DNA from: Clostridia bacterium
Lineage (GTDB): Bacteria > Bacillota > Clostridia > Oscillospirales > UBA644
Direction: 5' to 3'
DNA: 64,000 nt
NCBI GenBank assembly: GCA_017934975.1
Contig: JAGBIM010000006.1
Location: 2,311 to 66,310 of the forward strand
Shown piece by piece: positions 57,849 through 64,000 of this stretch. The notes beneath the pieces are model-generated. The model saw nothing but the letters and a program-made list of their open reading frames with translations. It was not told the DNA's origin and ran no database searches. Position numbers and translations under genes: made by a program. Each line of letters opens with the position of its first letter. Position 1 is the stretch's first letter.

Positions 57849-59195
57849 ATGTATGTAAAAATCCGAAAAAGTACACTTATTCTTCGTTCGGTTCTGTTTG
57901 CGCTTCTTATTTTGGGGCTCTGCGGTGCCGTTCTCGGGATGGACGGACTTCGGTCGGGGGATCGGAGCCGATACGAGGGGGAGGTGGCGGCAGGCTGGCG
58001 GTTGAGCGTGGCGGAGTTGTCCGACGCTCTTCAGCGCATGGAGACCGATCTGCAAAAGGGGACCTTCGCCTCGGGGGAATATCAGGCGGTATCCTGGGCG
58101 GCGCAGGTCTTTGCCGAGGCGGGCGCCGCCCGCACGGCGTTGGAGGAGCTTCCCTTATACGAATCTCGTCTGGAAAATACCGAAACCTTTCTGAATCAGG
58201 TGGGGGAATTCACGTTGGAAATGGCCCGCAAGCAGATGCGGGGCGAGACCTTGGAGGAGGAAGAGAAGCAATCCTTGAAAACGCTGGCCTTGCGGTCGCG
58301 TCAGCTGGCGGACGAGGTGCTGTCTCTTTCGGAATCCGTAGCGGACGAGAATCCGGATTTTGCCGCCATGCAGGAGCTGCTTTCTCCCTCCGAGGAAGGG
58401 GAAGATCCTTCCCGCTTTGAGGCGTTGGAGGGGATTTTTGCCGAGGACGAGCCCTTGATCTACGACGGGGATTATTCCGCCTGGTACGGTCAGCGCACCT
58501 CCTCCTGGCTGGAGAGTCTGCCCGAAGCCGACGGGAACACCTTCGCCCCCCGCGTGGGGGAGATTTTGGGGATTTCCGCAGAATCTCTGAAGACGTCCGA
58601 GCCCTACGGAAAGCCCTTTCCCTATCGGATTTGTGAGTCCGAAAACGCCGTAGCGGCGCTTTCCGTGCGAGGGGGGATTCTCTTCGCTCTGGAGATCGAT
58701 CGGGTGCCCACGGAATCGAAGCTGTCCGTGGATCTGACCCTTTCCAACGGGACGAAGGCTTTGGAAAAATTGGGATTCCCCGCCATGGAGGTTTTGGCGT
58801 GGCGGCGGGAAGAAAATATCCTCAGTGCCGTCTTCGTGCCCCGTCAGCAGGGGGTTTTGATCTACGGGGATCGGGTGACGGTCTCTTTTGCGCTGGACAA
58901 CGGGGAGATTCTGGCCCTCAACGCCACGGAATATCTTCTGTCCCATAATCCCGACCGTGCCTTTACCCCCTCGGTGACCGCCAAGGAGGCGTCGGCGATT
59001 CTGCGGGAGGGATTGCAGGTGACCGACACGGATCTTGCGGCTCTGGCGGGGGGAGACGGGACGGAGGTTCTCTGCTGGCAGTTTACCGTTTCCGACGGAG
59101 ACGGACAGGCGGTGATTTTCGTGGACGCCAAAACCAAAACCGAGCGGGAAATCCTCCTGCTCCTGCAGGACGAGGATTTTCTGCGGTTGATTTGA
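57849..59195 (+). CDS. ypeB: spore germination protein YpeB-like (PepSY)
   Basis: LENTETFLNQVGEF, LIYDGDYS, ALDNGEI, C-terminal VDAKT. Confidence 0.75.
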   Translation: MYVKIRKSTLILRSVLFALLILGLCGAVLGMDGLRSGDRSRYEGEVAAGWRLSVAELSDALQRMETDLQKGTFASGEYQAVSWAAQVFAEAGAARTALEELPLYESRLENTETFLNQVGEFTLEMARKQMRGETLEEEEKQSLKTLALRSRQLADEVLSLSESVADENPDFAAMQELLSPSEEGEDPSRFEALEGIFAEDEPLIYDGDYSAWYGQRTSSWLESLPEADGNTFAPRVGEILGISAESLKTSEPYGKPFPYRICESENAVAALSVRGGILFALEIDRVPTESKLSVDLTLSNGTKALEKLGFPAMEVLAWRREENILSAVFVPRQQGVLIYGDRVTVSFALDNGEILALNATEYLLSHNPDRAFTPSVTAKEASAILREGLQVTDTDLAALAGGDGTEVLCWQFTVSDGDGQAVIFVDAKTKTEREILLLLQDEDFLRLI

Positions 59196-59204
59196 GGGTG
59201 CAGG

Positions 59205-59290
59205 CCGCCCCTTCCGCAATTTCTCCCGAAAATGCACCGCTCCCGCCGTGGGCGGGAGCGGCCCGCGGCGGAGCCGCGGGGGAAGGGGCA
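59205..59290 (-). repeat. GC-rich repeat module
   Basis: CCCTTCCGCAATTTCTCCCGAAAATGC...CCGCGGGGGAAGGGG, related to 11285-11375 and 24590-24678. Confidence 0.7.
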
Positions 59291-59360
59291 CGCCCCGCAG
59301 GATTCCTGCAAAAAAACAAAAAACGACCCCTCTGCGGTTGATCCGCAGAGGGGCTCGGTT

Positions 59361-59630
59361 TTATTCTTCTTCGTCTTCTTCGTCAAATTCGTCCGCGTCG
59401 GGGTCGGTGGAGTAGAATTCCTCCGCCTCCTCGGCGGCTTCTTTTTCCTTGCGGCGCTTTTTCAGCTTGCGCACCAGCAACACGATGCCTACGGCGAGCA
59501 AAATCACGCCCAGAATTACGGCAACGAGAATCAGAATCTTCTTTCGCTTTTGGGCTTTGTCTTCGTTTTCCTGTTTTTTGAACAGATCGAAAATGTCTTT
59601 GAATTTGGTCATGGTTTGGGCAAGTTTCAT
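59361..59630 (-). CDS. small single-pass membrane protein
   Basis: GGAGG RBS; one transmembrane helix; basic then acidic tail. Confidence 0.7.
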   Translation of the reverse strand: MKLAQTMTKFKDIFDLFKKQENEDKAQKRKKILILVAVILGVILLAVGIVLLVRKLKKRRKEKEAAEEAEEFYSTDPDADEFDEEDEEE

Positions 59631-59792
59631 CCCGAGGCCTCCTTTGTGTGTTTGTGTTTCGACGGATTCCGTCTTGTTCTGATTTTATTATATCGGATTT
59701 TTTTCCCCGACGCAAGACCTTTCACAAAAATTTGCGATTTTTTGCGGCACGGTCCGGCAAGAATTTTTTTGCTTTATTTTCTCTTTGCCCCC

Positions 59793-59821
59793 TTGCAAAA
59801 AGCCGAAAAGTATGTTATAAT
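59793..59821 (+). promoter_or_regulatory. sigmaA promoter of ruvCAB
   Basis: TTGCAA-17 nt-TATAAT with extended TG. Confidence 0.7.
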
Positions 59822-59861
59822 ATAAAATGAGTTATTATTGAGTAGACCAAGGAGGCAGATC

Positions 59862-60365
59862 ATGACGGTTCTCGGCATTGACCCCGGCGTGGCTACCGTG
59901 GGGTGGGGGTTCGTTCATTACGACGGATACCGCTTTTCCAACCCCGAATACGGAGCCTTGATCACCCCGCCCAAAATCCCTCTGGAGCGGCGGCTGGAGA
60001 TGATTTACGACGATCTGACCAAGCTCATCGACCGTCTCAAGCCCGATTGCGTCTCCATTGAAGAGTTGTTTTTCTCCAAAAACATTACCACCGGCATCGC
60101 CGTGGCCCACGCTCGCGGCGTGATTATGCTGGCCTGTCAGAAGGCGGGGTTGCCCTGCTACGAGTTCAAGCCCCCTCAGGTCAAGCAGGCGGTGGTGGGA
60201 TACGGCAACGCGGAGAAAAAGCAGGTGATGCTCATGACCCAGATGCTTCTGAATCTCAAGGAATTGCCCCGCCCCGACGATGCGGCGGACGGCCTTGCCC
60301 TGGCCGTGTGCTGTGCTCATTCTCTCGGCATGGCGCGGCTGAATGCGAAACTGCAAAACCGATAA
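59862..60365 (+). CDS. ruvC: Holliday junction resolvase
   Basis: LGIDPG, IEELFF, GYGNAEKKQV, PDDAADGLA. Confidence 0.96.
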   Translation: MTVLGIDPGVATVGWGFVHYDGYRFSNPEYGALITPPKIPLERRLEMIYDDLTKLIDRLKPDCVSIEELFFSKNITTGIAVAHARGVIMLACQKAGLPCYEFKPPQVKQAVVGYGNAEKKQVMLMTQMLLNLKELPRPDDAADGLALAVCCAHSLGMARLNAKLQNR

Positions 60366-60380
60366 GAAAGAGGGTTTTTT

Positions 60381-60971
60381 ATGTACGATTATCTGCGGGG
60401 CGAGCTGGCCCGTTGCGATCAGCAGACCGCCGTTATTGATTGCGGCGGAGTCGGCTATCTTTGCAATATTTCCACCAATACCTATCACGAAATCAGCGGA
60501 AAAACTCACGTGAAGCTGCATACCTATCTCCACGTGAAGGAAGACGCCATGACCCTCTACGGCTTTGCGGACGAGCAGGAAAAGCAGTTTTTTACGCTTT
60601 TGATCTCCATCAGCGGCGTGGGCCCCAAGGGAGCCCTTTCGGTTCTGTCCGAAATGCTGCCCGAAACCTTTGCCGCCGCCGTTCTGACGGGGGATTACCG
60701 CCAGATTTCCAAGGCAAACGGGGTGGGCCCCAAATTGGCGCAACGGATTTGTCTGGAATTGAAGGATAAGCTGGCCAAGGCCGACGTGAAGGTCTCCGAG
60801 GAACGGGCAGCTGCCGCCGTGGCGGATAAAGCGGCCTTCGAGGACGCCGCCGCCGTGTTGGCCTCCTTCGGGTATCACAAAAACGATATTGCAAAGGCTC
60901 TGGAAAAATGCACCGCCGACAACAGCCAGGATCTGGTTCGTCAGGCCTTGCGGATGCTTTCCAACGTATAA
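60381..60971 (+). CDS. ruvA: Holliday junction branch migration protein
   Basis: GGVGY, LYGF, SGVGPK, GVGPKLAQRICLELK. Confidence 0.95.
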   Translation: MYDYLRGELARCDQQTAVIDCGGVGYLCNISTNTYHEISGKTHVKLHTYLHVKEDAMTLYGFADEQEKQFFTLLISISGVGPKGALSVLSEMLPETFAAAVLTGDYRQISKANGVGPKLAQRICLELKDKLAKADVKVSEERAAAAVADKAAFEDAAAVLASFGYHKNDIAKALEKCTADNSQDLVRQALRMLSNV

Positions 60972-60983
60972 AGGAGGGGACCT

Positions 60984-61985
60984 ATGGAATTTGATGAACG
61001 CTTAGTTTCCACCCGCGCCGTCGAGGCCAACGACGATCCGGAAAATCTCCGTCCCCAGCGGCTGGACGATTACGTGGGGCAGGTGCAGGCCAAGGAAAAC
61101 CTGCGGGTCTTTATCGAGGCGGCAAAGAAGCGCAACGACGCGCTGGATCACGTGCTTTTCTTCGGTCCTCCGGGGTTGGGAAAAACCACCCTTGCCAACA
61201 TCGTGGCCGCCGAAATGGGGGTCTCCATCCGCATCACCAGCGGCCCTGCTCTGGAAAAAGCAGGGGATATCGTAGCCCTTCTGACCAATCTTCAGCAGGG
61301 GGATATTCTTTTTATCGACGAAATTCACCGTCTTTCCCGCACGGTGGAGGAAATTCTTTATCCCGCCATGGAGGATTACGAATTCGACGTGATTCTCGGC
61401 AAAGGTCCCTCCGCCCGCTCCATTCGCTTTGACCTGCCCAAATTCACCCTCATCGGCGCTACTACCCGTTCGGGCCAGCTGGCCTCCCCCTTCCGGGACC
61501 GCTTCGGGGTTCTTCTTCGGCTGGAGCTGTATCAGGTGCAGGAGCTGGAGCAGATCGTCAAGCGCTCCGCCTCCATTCTGAACATTGACATTACCGATGC
61601 GGGGGCCCACGAGATCGCCTCCCGTTCCCGGGGCACGCCCCGTATTGCCAACCGCCTGCTCAAGCGGGTGCGGGACTTTGCTCAGGTGTTGGGAGACGGG
61701 GTGATCACCGACTCCATTGCCGACGAGGCTCTGCGCCGTCTGGACATTGACAAGCTGGGGCTGGACGCCATGGACCGCAAGATGCTCACCGCCGTGGTGC
61801 AGCAGTTCCGCGGAGGACCCGTGGGACTGGAAACGCTGGCGGCCATGATCGGGGAAGAGGCGGTGACGGTGGAAGACGTGTACGAGCCTTATCTGATGCA
61901 GATCGGCTTCTTGATCCGCACCCAACGGGGCCGTTGCGTCACCGAAGCGGCCTGCCGCCATCTGGGCCTGGAGTTTCCCAAATGA
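60984..61985 (+). CDS. ruvB: Holliday junction branch migration helicase
   Basis: [27 protein letters not shown]. Confidence 0.97.
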   Translation: MEFDERLVSTRAVEANDDPENLRPQRLDDYVGQVQAKENLRVFIEAAKKRNDALDHVLFFGPPGLGKTTLANIVAAEMGVSIRITSGPALEKAGDIVALLTNLQQGDILFIDEIHRLSRTVEEILYPAMEDYEFDVILGKGPSARSIRFDLPKFTLIGATTRSGQLASPFRDRFGVLLRLELYQVQELEQIVKRSASILNIDITDAGAHEIASRSRGTPRIANRLLKRVRDFAQVLGDGVITDSIADEALRRLDIDKLGLDAMDRKMLTAVVQQFRGGPVGLETLAAMIGEEAVTVEDVYEPYLMQIGFLIRTQRGRCVTEAACRHLGLEFPK

Positions 61986-62770
61986 GTTTGCGTAAAGACC
62001 GCATTTTTGAACTGGATTTTCTGCGGGGGCTTGCCCTGACGATGATGTGTCTGGACCATTTTGCCTACGATCTGGTCTACGCGCCCCTTTGGTTTTCCGA
62101 CGCCAACACCACGGCCATCTATACCATGAAGGAAATCGGGGAAAGCATCGTCTTTTCCGATTGGCGCTTTGCCCTGCATTATATCTTCGCCACCCTCTTT
62201 TTTCTTCTGGCGGGCATCGGGTCCGCCCTGACCAAGCATCACGGAAAACGGATTTTACAGATTGGCTCCGCCGCGCTTATCATCACCTTTGCCACGGTGG
62301 TGCTGGATCTTCTGTTCCGCATGAAATCCACCATCCTCTTTGGGGTTCTCTCGGTGATGGCGGTGGGGGCGGTGCTTTGTTGGATCGCCTCCCTCTTCGG
62401 CGAAAAACGGGGGAAATGGATCGCCCTCGGAGTGGGCGTTTTGTTCGTGGTCATCGGGTTTTGCCTGCGGTGGTACGAGGCCCCCACGCTGAAGTATTTC
62501 GGCTGGGAGGATTTCTTCTCCGTGGCCTTCGGAACGCTTCGTTACGGGGCCGATTGGTTCCCGATTTTCCCCTGCGCAGGGGTGATCCTCATCGGCTATT
62601 TTCTCGGAAAAACCCTTTATCAAAACAAGCAGTCTCTCTTTCCCGCCCTGCGGGGAAAGAAGGATTACGTCTTCGGCCCCATCGGCCGCAAATCCCTTTG
62701 GATCTATCTGTTCCACCAGCCCGTTCTGTACGGAATTCTGTGGGTTGTGGTTCGTTGTTTGGAGAAATAA
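61982..62770 (+). CDS. DUF1624/HGSNAT-like membrane acyltransferase
   Basis: [30 protein letters not shown]. Confidence 0.85.
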   Translation: MSLRKDRIFELDFLRGLALTMMCLDHFAYDLVYAPLWFSDANTTAIYTMKEIGESIVFSDWRFALHYIFATLFFLLAGIGSALTKHHGKRILQIGSAALIITFATVVLDLLFRMKSTILFGVLSVMAVGAVLCWIASLFGEKRGKWIALGVGVLFVVIGFCLRWYEAPTLKYFGWEDFFSVAFGTLRYGADWFPIFPCAGVILIGYFLGKTLYQNKQSLFPALRGKKDYVFGPIGRKSLWIYLFHQPVLYGILWVVVRCLEK

Positions 62771-62775
62771 ATCTT

Positions 62776-63486
62776 ATGTTCGGCGTATTCGTAAACGTGC
62801 TGACGGTGCTCGTCGGCAGTTCCTGCGGTCTTTTGTTCCGCAAAGCCCTTCCGCGGAGTATTTCCGATAAGGTCATGGTGGCCTTAGGGCTCTGCACCGT
62901 GTTTTTGGGGGTAGACGGCATGATCGATCCCGATTACGGCGGCGCTCTGCCCTTGATCATCATCGTTGCCATGGTGTTGGGGACGTTTGTGGGTGCCCTT
63001 CTGCGCATCGACGACGGCATTTCCCGCCTGGGTACGTGGGTGGAGGGGAAATTTTCCCGCGCCCAAAAGGGCACCGTTGCCCAAGGCTTCGTCACCGCAT
63101 CTCTGGTCTTTTGCGTGGGCTCCATGACGGTGGTGGGCTCTCTGCAGGCGGGGCTGGAAGGGGATTACACCCTCCTTCTGACCAAATCCCTTTTAGACCT
63201 CGTCTCCTCCTCCATGCTGGCCGCCTCTTTGGGGATCGGGGTTTTGTTCTCCGCCCTGTTCGTACTGGTGTTTCAGGGAGGCTTGGTGCTTTTGTCGGGG
63301 GTGCTCCAGCCCGTGCTGACGGCAGGGGCCGTGGACGCCATGGTCTGTGCGGGTGCGCTGATGATGGTGGCGCTGGGGTTGAACCTCGTGGGTGCCACCA
63401 AGCTGAAGGTGGCGGATTATCTTCCCGCGCTGGTGTTTGCTCCCGCCCTCTGGTGGTTGTGGAACTGGATCTCTCCCATGCTTTAA
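62776..63486 (+). CDS. DUF554 membrane protein
   Basis: GFVTASLVFCVGSM, KSLLD, LGIGV. Confidence 0.88.
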   Translation: MFGVFVNVLTVLVGSSCGLLFRKALPRSISDKVMVALGLCTVFLGVDGMIDPDYGGALPLIIIVAMVLGTFVGALLRIDDGISRLGTWVEGKFSRAQKGTVAQGFVTASLVFCVGSMTVVGSLQAGLEGDYTLLLTKSLLDLVSSSMLAASLGIGVLFSALFVLVFQGGLVLLSGVLQPVLTAGAVDAMVCAGALMMVALGLNLVGATKLKVADYLPALVFAPALWWLWNWISPML

Positions 63487-63519
63487 TTTCGTTTTTACGT
63501 AGAAGAAAGGACGTATGCT

Positions 63520-64000
63520 ATGTACCGTTTTGCCTGTGATTATCAAGAAGGATGCCATCCCCGCATTCTCAAAGCCCTCACCCAAACCAACCTGGAGCAG
63601 ACCGTGGGATACGGTTGCGACCCCTATTGCGAAAAAGCACGGGAATTGCTGCGGCAGGTGGCCAAGGCTCCCGATGCGGACGTTCATTTTCTGGTGGGCG
63701 GCACCCAGACCAACGCCACCGTCATCGCCTCTCTGCTCCGTCCCCATCAAGGGGTTCTGAGTGCCGATTCGGGGCACATCAACGCCCACGAAACGGGGGC
63801 TGTGGAGGCAACGGGGCATAAGGTTCTGCCCCTTCCCGCCGTGGACGGAAAAATCACCGCCAAGCAGGTGGAGGATTACGTCAACGCCCATTACGCTGAC
63901 GGCAGTCACGAGCACATCGTCCAGCCGGGCATGGTCTATATTTCCCATCCCACGGAAAACGGCACCCTCTACAGCCGACAGGAGCTTTACGACCTGTCCC
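63520..64000 (+). CDS. low-specificity L-threonine aldolase (partial, runs off the window)
   Basis: MYRFACDYQEGCHP, GYGCDPYC, GGTQTN, HETGAVEATGHKV. Confidence 0.9.
   Translation, partial: MYRFACDYQEGCHPRILKALTQTNLEQTVGYGCDPYCEKARELLRQVAKAPDADVHFLVGGTQTNATVIASLLRPHQGVLSADSGHINAHETGAVEATGHKVLPLPAVDGKITAKQVEDYVNAHYADGSHEHIVQPGMVYISHPTENGTLYSRQELYDLS

Overview
Chromosomal window from a GC-rich, probably spore-forming Clostridia-type Firmicute (inferred from ypeB, a sortase-type anchor and sigmaA promoters). The left arm carries trmB-ispF-nadE, a large cell-wall-anchored beta-helix protein and a carbohydrate-utilisation region (mglBAC, fsa, srlD-like SDR, GH63-like, GH95, two SGNH esterases, GH4 melA with AraC). 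The right arm carries a beta-helix glycanase-like gene, two degenerate MutS-domain genes, ddl, a WG-repeat gene, ypeB, ruvCAB and a partial threonine aldolase. In the middle, a ~19.7 kb AT-richer island sits in tRNA-Trp between 51-bp direct repeats (28183-28233 and 47854-47904). It has arm-type-like repeats but no integrase. Its cargo is a RelE/HTH toxin-antitoxin pair, two ArdA-like genes, a WapA-like Rhs protein followed by orphan toxin/immunity cassettes, an ECF sigma/zinc-ribbon/YD-lipoprotein module and at least one promoter- and terminator-bounded candidate ncRNA. The most unusual non-coding signal is a family of 3'-UTR repeats. Each copy has a pyrimidine tract, its complement and a mirror copy of the complement, and the three tracts change together across five sequence variants, which is what an intramolecular triplex would require. 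A second unusual signal is an ATGATG/CATCAT ladder-like element just outside attR. All product calls come from motif recognition by eye; no database searches were run.
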